Assembly (NCBI GenBank): GCA_002633005.1
Contig: NMRA01000305.1
Location: 62,001 to 126,000, forward strand
DNA: 64,000 nt
Direction of reading: 5' to 3'
Source: Phoronis australis
Taxonomy: Eukaryota; Animalia; Phoronida
Under the pieces are notes generated by a model. It was not told where the DNA came from. It searched no databases and saw only the letters and a list, made by a program, of their open reading frames with translations. Shown here piece by piece: positions 1 through 15,500 of this stretch. The first letter of the stretch is position 1. Each line of letters begins with the position of its first letter. The position numbers were made by a program, and so were the translations under genes.

Positions 1-513
1 AACTTTCACCAAACTCCTTTGTTTTGATTTTATCATAGGAAGCACTAAAATAAAATGTTAAAGTATTGTTTATTGACTAAACCTCGGGGAACACTCTACA
101 AGAGACGTATTAAACCATTTGAATTTCATTTCAAGCAAAAATAAATCCGCTTTTCATCACAAAAAACAATTCGTGATATAGACCAATTGGTCTCAAATTA
201 TTTTAAAAATCAAATTGGAAGTGACCCAATCCAAAAGAACTGATAGTTCGTTATAGCTTGACATCAGGCGCTACATGTTGGCTCGTCACAGCGTGCAATT
301 TATGTCGAGCACGGTCTCAAGGAACGGCCAACGATTGAGATCTTTGAAAATGAGAAATAACCTCTCTTTTGAGTAAGGAACAAATTGAGATCAATTTTAC
401 AGCAGTAAAGTCTAAATCAAAAGTTGTTAGGATTTATCTCTGATTTTACAAAAATTTTGATTTCAACAACTTTAATCTAGGAATAGGTTTTTAATGCATA
501 AAATACAATATAC

Positions 514-3500
514 CTTCTCGGCAGAGCAGACAGCCTTTGTCGTGGTGAATACTCTGGGTTAGAGTCACGTGGGCTCGAGCTCTGATTGGACGAGAACTGG
601 AAGTTTTGTATGCCAGGAGATAAATTTACTCCTTCCTCAGCACCAGGAGCTGAAAATGTTCACACAGAAATCCAGAAGTTGAAAAGAAAAGTCTCTCTAA
701 TTATCATATTTATGTGGAAAGCTTCAGTAATATCAAAAACTATAAGTGTTGAATATAGCCACATGAGCCGTACCTGAGAATATGTGTAAATTTCACTACA
801 AGAATCACTTACACAACCATTTACAACCAAACATGACTGTTTGAAATTGATTTAACTTTTTCAAATTCGGGATGGGAATATTTAGCTAATCATGAGTATT
901 AAACTAAATGTGATGGTAATCCCCTCATTTGCAGAACAGTTGAAAGGGTAAAACTCATCGCAGACCAAAGTCTTCCAGTACAAACTGCTCATGTAGACGC
1001 AAAATGTTCTGGATAAATTTGTCACTGCAACTGCAAGACGATACCAGTCTATTCCAAATCAGATCATTTTGTTCGCGGACCAAGTTCTATTATTTAAAAA
1101 TAATAAACGCAGCCAGAACAATTCGGTCTCCCATTTCACTTGAATTTAGACGAATAACAATGTAGCGTTTGACCTACCAAGTTTGGTGTTCTCGTAAATA
1201 ACGGATGTTGTCAACTCCCTGGCTTGGGGACTGTAGTTATTGGCAATGGAGTCACTAACATGGCGGTAGTGCTTCTGCTCTTTGAAGGGCGCTGCTTGGG
1301 TCCACGAGCCTCGCTCCAGGATTTTGGGCTTCTCGCTGTATGCGGGCTGTAAGTTAAGGTAAGAGGGTTAAGATAGAGAATACATTAAGAAATAAGCAGA
1401 CGTGTATTAGGCTCTAGCCCACTCTGGTGGAATCAGATTAAAAGTCTGTGGGAATTTCAAGACATTCATGGTCATTGTTATTGATTTGAGATAAAGTAAT
1501 CACTGAATACATTCCACTAAAAAATCATGAATGGTTATTGATGAGTCTGATTAATCGTCTATGATTTGTATTTGGAGACGGCCAATGAGCAAGATTTTGC
1601 GCCATTGATCACAAAGTCACCAGGGCTCAAAATCCAATATGTACTTGGATATTTTCCATTCTACTTTTGCACAAACGTCTGCGATTTGTTTTTGGAGATT
1701 GTATCTGGAATAGAGGGGTCATCAAGTGCAAATTGCACCAGACACTCACTTGTGAAAATTATAAACTCGAGCACAGCTATCTCGAATTCATATATTGAAG
1801 ATGAATGAAATAATTTTGAGTTTAATTTCGAGTACATAGGGTCGGGTATTTAATCGTCGGCTGATGAAAGCAAGGTGGGTCAATTTTTCCCTCGAGTTTA
1901 CCAAACATAAATCATAAACTGAGATGCATAGACAAAAGAATACGGATTGGCAAGATCTTTGCAATGAGGAAAAAGGTTGAGTGAGATGTCATTTCTTTGA
2001 TCGATTACAGTTAAAATTTTCCAATTTCAAACGAACTCCAGAATTTGGTACACGGTCCGAGACTCCCGCAAAAATTTAATTTACTCGATTCAGGAAGGTG
2101 CGACAATGGCGCTTTTGGGGTTTGGTATTATCAATTTCACACATTACCGACAATGTGTTTTCGATCCACAGAATGGGTACTTCCGCCACCTTTCCGGTGA
2201 TTCTTCAATTTGGAACGGCCACTATTGCCTGTGTCTAGAATTTGGGACAAGCTCTGACCTTGGGCAAAATAATTCAATTTTCACCTCCCAAATTAGAGAA
2301 TGTTTACAATAATAACCAAACAAGTGATAGGAAAAAACAGACATCTCACTGTCACTAACAGTACACAACTCACTAAAGGCAATATTCATGTACATGACCA
2401 TTGTCTGAGGGATTCCCTTAATTGAAGCCAGAAACTCTGCCAAGCTTAAAAAATCACATAATGATATGCTAATTAATTCCAGACACCCATGACACCTACT
2501 TGGGGGATTAACACATTTCCTTAGGTCATCACAACACAAGAGATAAAATGCACTAGAGAAGATGATTAATGCCATTTTTATCAGCTGCTCAGTTCAAACT
2601 AATCCGGAATTTATTGACAATATTTCTACCTAGCCAAGCAAACGTTTTCATAAACTCTTGAAGGCATTGACGGGCAGTGGATTAAGAGCCATGGTGATAT
2701 TCCAGCCTGATAGGTGTTGAAGACAGACTCAATTTAACTCTCCAGGGTAGTGCAAATGGATTAATTTAAAATCATTCACAGGGCGATAATTGCTTACAAA
2801 AGACGATCTAAACTTGATTAGACTCTATTCTCAGCATTTTTTTTCAGCAACGCCAATAAGAAGAAAAAAGTTCAACCTCTAAAATGAAATAAGAAAATTC
2901 AAAATGACATCAATTTTTTTAATTCGACTCGAAACTACTTGTAGATCAATAGAAGACTATTCCTAATATTTTGAGAAACAACTAAATAATTTATTCTCAA
3001 CAGTAATTTAACCCTGCAGATTTCCCAAATGTATTATTACCAATTCTATGGGCAGGGCCCCCAAGAGACGAAGTGGCAATTTCCTTGTGAACACAAGCAA
3101 TCCGAAAAATTCAATTTCACCACTGACCAAAGAAAACATCACCTATTAGCGGTTTAATTACCAGCTGTATATAAACAGTTTTCATTTCCCTTAAAGAATT
3201 ATGAGCACTTTAAAGCTTTGGTCAGAAGACAAAATCGGTAACTGATTTCACCATCATAATAGAATTAGAATTAATACACAACAAAATTATTTCCAAAAGA
3301 CCTGTTCAGTAGAATCACAGCTAATGTGCACTCCTGGAATACAACAAACTCAGGGAGAATGCAGATTTCCAAGAAGTAAGTAAGATAATGACTTGTAATT
3401 TTAAAATCACAATCACCATGTTGTTATTACTTGGCCACACGGAATAGCTGGTGAAGTGACAAGCTTGTCATATACTCCATCGCAATCTGAAGGTGATAAG

Positions 3501-6500
3501 ATGGACACAAGTAAACACCATCCGTGTTTGCTGTGTCTATTTGAGTAACGGACTAATATCGCGACAGGCATGATACCGCATGCTATGATGTGTATACAAA
3601 ACTTTACAAGCACAAATTGCCGACTATGTGCTAAAGCTGTCAACAGTCGCCACTACTAAAGAATACGGGCGTGTGAGACAGCTTTGTGAAGTGGATAAAT
3701 AAGTAAAAAATACTGAACAGTGTCTGATGCTGACATATAATGCTCGACTGAGACTGAGACTGGTACCCGTTGTTTTGAGAAAGAGAAACTAAAGAGCCAC
3801 CAGCTGTCATGGTTATGCTAAATTTTCACCAAATTCGGACAAAGACAATTGCCAGACTTGCTGTTTTCCGAAAACTTTTCAGGCTGTGAATTCAGTAAAA
3901 TCTCACCAAGTCTCAGGACAAAAAATAATCGCCAAAATTGACATTTTCTTCCTTTTTTCAAAGTTTTCTGGCAATGTTGGGAATGCCGACAACTTTTCAA
4001 AATTTTGTCAGATGTCAGTTTTCGTAAAAACCTTGAACATGGAAAAGCACGTCTTTTTTAAAAAAACTAAGAAAATATATTCTGTTTGTCCGTCATACTG
4101 TGTCCTAAACAGGTGAAATTTTACCATAGCATACATTTTTCAGAACACGCAGTGCCAACTGATGGTAACTATACAGAACAAAACTTGAAACGGTAAAGCA
4201 TAACTGTAATGTTATTTATTACATGAAAATTGGGAAAATTAGCATGATTTTACGATTACATGGAGATTTATAATGGCTCATTTGCAGGTCAAAGGTTCTC
4301 AACCGGGGTCATGGCTGGTCACACATCGCTATCAACAATATGAAAAGTCTGTAATGTTCTTGCCATTTTGAGACTTCGGAGGTAATCCAGTGCAAAGAGC
4401 GTTAGTACTCGTATGAACACTGGTTTGAAATCACTAACTATACACCTTATTCATGCAGCCGCCATATTAAAATGAGCCTCTTTTTAAGTTTTAAAAACAG
4501 CATTCAGCGCTTAATCATAACACAAAGCATGGCTTGTTATACTTATGTCCCAAAAGCATTGTTTTTAAACCTAAAAAGAGGCTCACTACTAAAATGGCAG
4601 CTGCGTGAATAAGGTGTTAAGACTGCTAATTTTAGGTCACTATACACATAATCACTATTTGAACATTTAGATTGTTATATATGGTAACTCACTGCTTATT
4701 TAGCACACAACATGGCCAACACGTTCAATTCTATTTTGTTACTAAACTTCTTCTAAAATAAAGATAAAGAAAATTTTAGCCTGCACTAGCATGATTTTTA
4801 CTGTGCAGATGTCAGAAAGCATTAAAACTTTGCTAATAATATCTTTAGAATTATTAATGAGACGAAATCTGTGTCAAATTTTTGTGTAAACTACACTTTT
4901 AGATAATCCGTCTCACCACCTAAGCTCTGGTATAACCAGTCGCAATAAGACAACTAATAACAGAACAAATTTATAATTTCTGGTATTCATCTCAGCCAAT
5001 GGTATGCTAGAACAACCTAAGCTTTAGAACCCTGTAGCTTAGAGACTAGCGCGAAATGACAAAACACAAACCTGGTAGATCTACGAATTTAATAAACGGG
5101 GCTTATCCAACTACTGGTTCTGTTCTGGATGATAGTCACTTACAAGGATCCGGGATTTTGAGAACCAGTTTGATGCCTGCTATACAGTGGAGAAATCTGG
5201 TTCTCAAAATATGGAAGCTCTGTAAATGACTGTTACCCTGTTTTGTTGTGGGCAAGAACCGGATTAAACTAGATGGAAAAGGCCCTGAAAAATGTAACTA
5301 CAGGCTTTGTAGAAGACATGAAAATGATTGTTGGAAAGCGCTTAAAATACTTTCAAAGAATTCTAATGCAATCAACGGAACCATTTTGAACAGCGCCTCA
5401 CAGGAACTTTCCACCCCAACTATCTTGTGTCCCACAGGAACCCCCACACTGCACACAGGTCCACCAACATTCCCCCATCAACAATTACAGTCCAGTACAA
5501 TGTATAAGTATGTAACCCCCAGCACTAATAGCACCAGTTGACTAGCACACTTGGGCAAATTATGCTTCATTAACTCTACACAACAAACCTGCTAGGATAA
5601 TAATATACACAACAGCTAAATCCTGAATGAATGGCTGCTAAACCCATTATATAAGGTTTATACCCTTTGTGAACATAACTTAGGTTGTGCTGTGAGGTTG
5701 TACTAGAATAGAGAGACATTAACTCCTATATTATGAACTCTTGAGGACAGAAAGGTGAACCTAACTGGTTAGACATAAATAAAACAAAAACAGGATTCTC
5801 GGAAAAGAGCATATTCTCTAGGGAGGCTGACTCTCCCATTGTAAGGGTTGTTAGGAGCGGGCTGTCAACTGGTGTGGGTAATTTTCCTTCTCACGGCAAG
5901 TGTCATCTGGATTGGGTGTAATTGCGGTGTCCTTCAAGTGACGTCTCCGAGAGGTATTCCCTTCTGACATGTTATCATCTCGGGGAACACAACAGATTTA
6001 GCAGAGTGCAGGTGCCGCTCACGTTGCCGCCAGTACAATTTTTTATCACTCCAGTTATAGTCTCAGGTATCCATTTTATTGGCTACACAGGTGTTGTGCT
6101 GATCCGGATTTTGACAAAAGCGGTTGCCCCTTACCCATTATCAGGAAGAGTTCCTTCCACCCCGTGGGCACTGAGTACCTCCACTGTTTACTACTGTACT
6201 CCGTAGCTTAATTCACTAAAATTCCATAACTTTTTGCAGGCTAAATGGAGATTTATACCAACACTAATATGAGTGGTCGTAATTCTCTAAAGTTTACCCT
6301 ATGCTGTAAATTAAGGCACTCGTCATTCCAGTGAAACAGCCCCTGGTGATCCACTACCAAACCACAGTGGAAGTTACCGGTAGTTAAATATTGGTTCAAT
6401 AACAAACAGCTGCTGTTTTCAAACAAGAAACCTGTAGAATGCACTCGCCATAAATGAACTGGTGACGGAGAAGCCTTACCAGTACACATAGTAGTACAGT

Positions 6501-9500
6501 CTATTTTAAACTTTCTATGCAAATGGTTGCCACTTGGACATTGTGCTTGAAGCTTATGGACGCTCAGTGCAGACGAAGAGCTCCCAACTCGACTGGTTGC
6601 CTAGAGTGAAACTTAGCACAAAACACATACAGTACAAGACAAACGTAAGCAGACAAAATATCATTCCACTCGGACGTCATGATAACTAATTCCGCTTACA
6701 GGAAAGTTGGTAATAAATACTACTAACTTTCCCGTTGATTCCCTTTCATTCTCGGTGATGAGGGAAAATTTACTCCGACTATGAACTCGGCTTCCACCCA
6801 ACCATCATGGAGGGAATTGTGGGTCATTCGTCTAAATACTTTTGACTCATACTGTAGCTTACGTCACAACATTAACAAGTGAATCCACAACTCACTTAAG
6901 TCCCATCAAGGGGTACCAATAAATGCTTTAAAATCACCTATGTGCTCAGCTGCCTTTCCCTTTGAAAGTCAGCCATTTCACAGCACCATGTATTAGTATT
7001 TGTACAAGAACCCCTGGGTCACTAATTATCTTGAACACTGATCTAAGCTTTTTGTGTTGCAAGCAGGGTAATTACCACAGCAGCCATGACTACAAGCTCA
7101 AGGAAACAATGGCTGAAATACTATGGCTGAAATATTAGCTGCAATATGGGTACATTGAAACCAGTGATTTTCAACAGTTTGCCTTCTGAAATTGAATCTT
7201 CCTCGAAAGTTAAGCTGTTTGCAAAAGCATAACTGAAAGCTTATTAGATGATGCCCTTTCAAGCCAGCTAACCCCAGCGTGGTGAAGGGTCAATCCAAAC
7301 TGCGAAGTTAGTTGACATCACAGTCCGGCTTCGGCAGCAAACAGAAACCGAGTTTACCGCATTTTGGTTAATGTCGGTCATCGAAGACACAAAATAGCGC
7401 TCCGACGTTATGCAGGTACAGTCTGAAGTATCGGGTGATTGCATAATAAATCAAATGATGTGCTCATAGTGTAGTAATATTATTAACAACACCACAACAC
7501 CTCCTTATTGACAGCGATACCAGGCGATAACTCCTTTGAAGCACATGTTAACCATGAAACATTAGCACCCTGCTGCTATATATAAAACCACCTCAGAATC
7601 TACAGTGAAGTCAACTAATTGGGCTCTTGATTTTCAATACAAGACCAAACTCATCTTTTTAAATAACAACCCAGGCTCCCCAAGACGTGGACTTTGGTGT
7701 GAAAGCTCTTGATTACACTTAACAACAATAACCAGCTGAGAGAAATTCATTTACTAATGTAATAGCACTTTATTTTATTGATTTTCTTAAGAGACCAATT
7801 GCGGATATCACTTACGGACAATTATTTTTCAACAACCACTTGCACTAGGCGCCACATTGATAATTTCCTCTTGTTGGGCAAACGTTGATAAGGTGTCAGT
7901 TTGAGATGGTTGTCATAAAATAATTTGCATCACATCACCGGCGATAAAGTTTCAAACCGATAATCATTCATACAAGTGCTGTAGATTTTCAAAAATTTTA
8001 GGAACTGGAAACCAAGTTTTAGAAACAGGCAATTATTGGCCGTCCCAAATTCAAGAATTGAAAAATTCTTCAGACGAGTCATAGTAAGATAGAAAAAAGG
8101 TTTTTCATGGTTTCGGTGAAGGTATGTTTATGATTAACATCAACTTACTCTGAGACTGAAGAGGGCGCCCCCCTACCATTCGTTGATCAGAGACATAATA
8201 TGTCCAAGCAGGTGAAATTTCGTTTTGTCTCATTTCTCAACAAAAATAGCATTTCAGGGAAATTTATTTTGCTTTTAGCATAGTTTGTATGAACTAGCTA
8301 TCACCAAACAACATTTGGTAAAATTTGAGCATTAGCGACAATGTGGTAAGCCTCTGAAAAAATAGAAATATACATGCCAATCTTAGCAATTCTTTTTGTC
8401 TCAAATTGAATAATTTTTACGGTAGGATCAACAAGTCTTCTCAATGTTCCATACTGAGAGACAAAGGAAAATGATGCGTTCACTGCTACTTCCACTGATT
8501 TTGTGATTTGCCAACTCTAATTTCAGATTCCGTTGAAACAAAATGACAAACATCCAAATTGGCTTGTGCCCCCAATCTTCAGACTAACAAAATCTCAATT
8601 TCAGCTAAAATTTGGTCAAAGATTTCAAATTCATGAGAATGCTTAAAATTGTGTCAAACATCACACGTTTGCTAAAATTTCACCATATTCGATGATTGAC
8701 AGCCCTAATTGAATTTTTTTTCTGCTTAATGATAGCTGAAACATTTGACAAAAGGCAATTCCACCACTCTGCACCATCTTGAACTTCTAAATCAAAGAAA
8801 ATTTAACCTCAAAATAGCAATGGGCAAGGTCTTTATTTTTGTATATACATCCACATAAAATGACACACTTAGTTTATATAAAGCCATTTGTGTGGTGATG
8901 GAACAGTTACACAAAAGCCAGGGTGAGTGAAATTGGTCCTTCAACCCCAGGGGAGGCCACATTATTCCAGTCAATGACATCAATGAACTTGGCAACCTCT
9001 AATCTCATTCCCAGTTGTCCATAACAGCCAACCAACTGGCAAGCCCCTAAAGCAAGAGCCTAATATTGTCCAGGAGGGACCTGCCAAAACGATAACACTT
9101 GGTTGTGAAATTGCAGACGGAAAGCTCAAGCTTGATATCAGTAATCAAAAATCTGGGGCAATAGCTCAGAGCATAAGCACTTTACCCCCACCCCCCACTA
9201 GTTGAGTGTCCACAGGAAAATTAAACCAACTACCAGCAGAAAGGTGGAAGTAACTTACGAAGGGAACCACCCAGCATGCGCACAATCACGAGAGCGCTAG
9301 GATAACGTTATCAAATCCATGATGTACATACAATTTTCGATTTTATCGCAACTAAGGTGATTAGGTGCAAGATGTCTGTGAGCAGCTCGTCAAATTGTAC
9401 CAATTTAACTCTTGTTCACATGGTAACTTGTGCCAGATCATTGCTTTCCTTTAGCAACTAGGCATGTGAACAACTACCTAGCTGCACTCAAATATAAGAG

Positions 9501-12500
9501 TCTTTACACAAATGTCAACCTGTTGATGTTTTGGGAAGTGTCAGCCAGTATGAGAAACAACTTCAGTCTTGGATCGAATCACATATTAATTTCACAATTT
9601 GCGTCGATGCCGAGTGAAAGGTTAATATCAGTGTCATAGAAGTTATCACCAGGAGTCGCAGTATACAGCACATGTTGTGGTATCACTTGATTTTTTTTTC
9701 AAATATAAACCCTTCCACAGTTATAAGCACCTCGTTTCCTTTACTGTCTGGCCACATACAAAACCTAAAAGTTATGCCAGCCCAGTATATTGTTGTCGGA
9801 GCACCATCTTATGACAACTTCCTTTGACCTACACTGTTATAACTTCTGTGTCTGCTTTTCAAAGTTGGTGTGAAAGGTTAATTACATCAAGGTAACTTAA
9901 CAGTGCCAGAGCTAAGTTAGTGTGTAAGTATCTACAGGTCCAATGTTCTGTTACAGACACACGACAATATACGAGATGCTTCAATCACGCAGTCAGAAAT
10001 ACTTGATGAACTAGCAAATAAGAAAAAATCTCAAAAAGCAAATGATTTGTAATGCTAATAGGGGACTCATTGACGCTACAGCAAAAAGGGTCCAGCCTCT
10101 AGTGATGCATAGATTCAGGTAGTCAAGTGGGACAGCTTTCCCACAAAAGCCCCCATGATGATAAACTGTGTTATGCTTTCAATCCATAGGAGATATCATT
10201 CGTTCATTAGTGCCATCAGGTGGATACAAAAAGTCTTCCATCGAGTGGAAAATTTTTTGCAATAACATGCGCCATGTCTTGGAGAAAGTTCTCAAATTTT
10301 ACTGATCTTTCACATGGACATAAGATACATTTTTGTTTCGGTGGTTGTGGTCATGAAGAGAACGTCTGCCTCCCAAACGGAGGTGAAATGCAACAAATCT
10401 ACTTACCAGTCCAGCGCTGAGCGGAGGCAGATGAGACATGATATCTGGCCTGAACTCCACCTCAAAATCATTCGGCTGAGATATGTGGATGCCATTGTGC
10501 TCAGCCATCTGAAATTAGATTGTTGTATTTGATGGTAAAAATTTTCCAGTTACGGAAAGTGAAAAATAATAATTTCGTTCACAGTTGGAGCTTGTACGAA
10601 ATTTTGGAAATACGCAAACTTAAGAATCGTGAGGAAGGTGAATTTTGCGTACGCAGCTTTTTTCAATGATTTTTACTTCCGACTTTGTTGANTACAAAAT
10701 GCAGCTTGATATGAAATAAATATAATGAACGCAAAATTACCCAAGTACCAATTTTCAGAATCAAGAAAATTCAATATTTTTACTTGAATGTCTGTGTGCG
10801 AAATTTTAGAGATTGGCCCAAATTGGATAATTTGCACCCTAATTGGAGCAGAAAGGGTTCCCTTTCTGGCCGCAGCATCAGGACAGCTTTAGTTTCCAGC
10901 TCAAACATCAGCGATATCAAACAGAAAATTCAAATTCCAAGCAAGTTAAAAAATACGATAGCTTGCTTTAAGCCAATGCCCAGACTGTAGAGAATGAGTG
11001 AGAAATTTGTGACTATGAATTCAAACACTGAAAGCAGATCTAGCCTTGTGCCAAGAAAACACGACATTTGATTTAGGCCAGGTGCGGCAATAAAGCTGTT
11101 CTCAGCTTAATCCTAACCAAGATTAGAGTTGATCAGAGGACTTGGAAAAACTGATATAGTTATTAATCAGGCATAGGCGTAGGTATAGTGACTACTTGCA
11201 CAAGCCAACATGAGGAGATTCAAACAAAATGTAGAACACCCAGAATGTACTTCTTATCTTTATGAGACCAGTTTGATGCACGAATAACTTCAACATAAGA
11301 CGTAAAAATTGAGTGAAGTCACATTTATAGGAGCATGAACTGGAGCCAAGCATCAGTTATTGTCTTCAAATAGTCTACGAAAGAAAACCGAAAAATCTCT
11401 TCAATTTGGAGAAAAAGATAATTGCAACAATTGTTATTCTTTATAATTTTTTTTCAAAGTTAAACTACGATCATTAAATCAATAGTTTTGAAGGACTGTA
11501 AAAATATTTGCAGGCAGCCAGACGTGTGCAGGTTGCTCTGGTGAGCCCATTGCACTGATCACCTGGAACCATTTTATGCTTCGTAACCGAGCTGAGAAGC
11601 TCGAGACCTGACTCAAGGGTCAAGCAATGTGCCCCACTGTAACTAGAACCCCCAACCTAGAGTAAGGGAAGTGGAGAGTCATCCAACTAGGCCACACTGT
11701 CCCCTCTTGTTCAGTGATAACTTCCATGGAAATTATTTTTGTCAAATGAACTCGACAAAATAAAATTCCACTCATCCCAAACTGCAGAATGTTTGCCTCA
11801 CAAGTCATGAACAAGTCAATATCAAAAATCAAACTTGTGAGCTAGAGCAGTCCTATGTTTCGTAGAGGCAACAGTTATGCCAGAACGCAAGAACACATAA
11901 GACTGAACGCCAGTAGCACCACTCGTAAAAAGCAATAGACATGATCACACTATCTTCCCTAGAAAGATTCTTGAGTCTACCGAACTTTACTTAGGTCACG
12001 GACAACAATGATGTTGTCTTTACTTATGTATTAAATTCACACTGCAGCATACAACTCAGGGATTAAAAGAGATTTCAGATATAGGCATCTAGAAGGGGTT
12101 TCGGATTTCTCAGGGCATTTATGACCAATGATCCATGAGGAGTCAGTGTGGACTAGAAGGATAAGCTTCCTTGGTTCAAAGTGGTTGGTTTGAGTCCCAG
12201 GGCACTGCTAGACCCCTGGGTCAGGTCTCCAGCTAATCCAGCTTGGTTTTAACATTAAGAAGGCATAAAAATGGTTCCAGATTGTCATCCCAATGGGTGC
12301 ACCTCAACAGCCTGCGCAAGTCTGGTACTATGTGTACAAGACCACCTGCAATTATTTTTTAATACTTTAATGACCCATAACTGCGTTTTTACGACCTCGT
12401 TGAAATTGATGTTATATATTTTAAGTATGTTACAACGAAGACAAACTCTGAAGAGGCCAATACACCCCCAGAGACACCACCCTTAATCCTCAACAGGGTG

Positions 12501-15500
12501 AGCATGTCTACATCTAATTCATTGAGTACATTTGGATGCCCTGGATATCAGCTATAGATGAAGGCTAATAAACAGTACTAGAGTCTTCATTTCATGAAAA
12601 GTTATGATTGACAGGCTTACGCCTAATTTTTATGTTATATGAGCAACAGAAGGTCTCGGGTAGCAATCTTTAGACCAATTTATGTTAATTAGGTAATGTG
12701 ATGTGGCCACAGGTGGCATTCTGACCAGACTAGAAAATGTTTGTGATAAATTTCCACACATGTTTAGGAGTTACACATTCATACAAGGGATTGCAAAATT
12801 GTCATATTTTGATTTCTAGAGGCCGAAAACCTTGCTATTAATTTAATTTTAAAAATTAGTTCAAGAAATTTGTAGAATTCAAACCAAGCAATTCAGGCAA
12901 GGATGATAGCCATGCTTTTAATCTTTATTTTATGTTGAGTAATTTGACAATATAATTCCTGTTTCCATCAATAGACATGTAAAGAACTGCCATGCGTTTC
13001 ATAGAGGTGCAAACTACATGAAAATGCAAGATCATGCAAGACTGCCTATTTCTGACCATAACGCATTTTAAGATAAATGCGAGCTTCATTCACGAGATTT
13101 TGCATCTACAGAACTCAACCTGTCATATTATAAACTGCAAAATGTAGTTCAAACTGACATTATCAGTGAAAAAAAGGTTTTTCAGCCAAAGCAGAATCAT
13201 GCCCACAACATCAGCAGAGTGCACAGAACACCTTAAACCACTTTTATGCTTCAACGCCCTCGATATAGAGGCTGAACATCAGTCCCCTTCCCCTCTCAAA
13301 AATAACAGTCGAAAATCCCCTTATCAAGTCAGAAATACTCCTCTAAACGATAAAAAATTCTCCTTGTGGAATATACACCATTATCACAAAAACCATTGCA
13401 ACAAATAAACCTCACAAAAATTACCCTCTTGGGGAGTAAAAACAGTGTGAAAATTCCCCTTTAAAAAGGCACATGCACCTTTCCTCTCAGGTGGGTGATT
13501 ACTGTGGTTAAAACCGAGATGAGGAGCTACAGACCCGATTCAAAGGTCTAGCAGCGCTGAGACTCGAACGCATGACCTTGAGCACAGGAAGCGTACACTC
13601 ATCTCACCTAAGGTCACGCTGCTTCTCCATAGAACAGGTAAAGCCATCAGCCTCACTTTCAACGAATGACTGGCAGCCAACGGTGAGAAATGGAAATTTG
13701 TTATAAAATCACAACAAAACATAATGGGTTTGTTGTTTTGTAATTATGGCAGAAACGAATATCTTCAAGAATTCCACCCCATCTGACAGTAATCCCAAAA
13801 ATGCATTTTCTGCTTGACAAGCGAGAGTGTCTTTTCAGTAGAATTCATCTGGATACTTCCTGCTTGACAAGTTTCTCACCTCCAAAGGGAAACCTTTTTA
13901 ATTCCATGGAAAAGTAGCAACAAATTACATCTCTTGGCATAAATTACAGTAATTTAGGATGATCACCTGCATCTTGTACTAATAGAAAAGAACTTCAGTA
14001 AACCCAATTGTGAACTTGGCTCATTTCATTTTCCACTGCAGTGAAATCTATTGAAAGTATCACAAACCAGGATCCATTCAACCTGTTCCGCTTACATGAT
14101 TCTATTCACTGCTAACATCTCCAATATGTGAAATAAACAAGCAATCACTGCTTCTAGTAGACCAACTAACAACAAAAGCAGGCTTGCCTTCAGTAGACGC
14201 TAGAACCTACGCTAGGACCTAGCTAAAACCTAGTCAAAGTCACGTGTTCTCATTTAAAATGCACGGCAATATCTCACGTATTCTCGCGAAGTCTTGCTTT
14301 TTAGCGAGGTCCTAGCGTTACTGAACTGGAGGCAGATATGTGATGAAAAACCCCTGCCTCAGTTTTGGGTTCTACTGAACATACAGCAAAATCTTGCCAA
14401 TCTGGGACAGATATAATTGACTTGTTAATAATTCAAGAGTTTCTAACTTTGTTGCCAGTTTCAGAGGACGGAAGACGTATGCTGAAATGAGCACTGACTA
14501 AATTCACAACTATAGTATTTAGGGTGCTTTTTCACTGACAGACATAATTCCTTACAAAGGGTTCCACTTTCAGAAGGTGCAGAATTCTGCAAATGGTTCC
14601 AACCATGAGACAAACCTACAGAAGGTTTTAACACTTTAAAAATGATAATTTTATAACCTTTGGTTGCAAAAGATCTACATATTTTTGTCACAACATGTCT
14701 TTTTGAACTGTTTCAGGCTTCTTGTGTTTAAAATTCACATATCTAAGTATCCCAATTAAAGATCCGGTTATAGGTAGGCCTATACACATTATAAACCCTG
14801 GAAATGGCCGGGACAAAAGCCCATGCTTCAATATAGCCTATCCACTCTCTAAATGGGTGTGTATTCAAGTTTAAAAAAAGCTGCACCCTCATCAAAAATA
14901 AAAATGTTGAGTGTCCAATGGTAACTTAGGGCTTATAAAACAAAATCTGGCCTTTTACTCTCATAACATTCCTGTGATGGGATTCTGTATTTTTGCAAAG
15001 TAATACCGAAACAGTCATCACAACCTAATTTATTATGCATTTCCTATGTATAGGCTCCCATTTCCAAAGTACACCCGGGCTTTTAACTTTTGGATAGGCC
15101 AAGTAGAAAATTTAAAAACATACCATTTTTTGAGTATATACACCATTGGGCATACTGACAGAAATTTCCTGTGGGCCCTAAATTTTTGTTTGCATCTCTA
15201 GTCAAATCTCGCACAAGCACACCTGTGGGGTCACGGGGATGAAGAAGGTGTCATGTCAGCAGGTTATCACCTATAACAGGTGGTACACTTGTTTAGTGAA
15301 TGAGTCAATTAGCTGAAACTTACAAATGCAAATGTGAGACGTACTTTTAGACATCTAAACAGAGCGACTACTTCCCCTGAATATTCTCACTCTTGTAAGA
15401 TAAAAATGTTCTCAAAATCTGAACTGCATAACATTACAGGGAGATCCAGGATTTTGAGTGAGGGGGGGGGCCAGGGCACAGGAATAACCAGAATTTCAGC

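Noticed and set aside
13540-13722. Additional exon of the left-hand gene ending at TTAG|GTGAGA
   Set aside because: Phase does not fit the downstream exon and no convincing acceptor was found.
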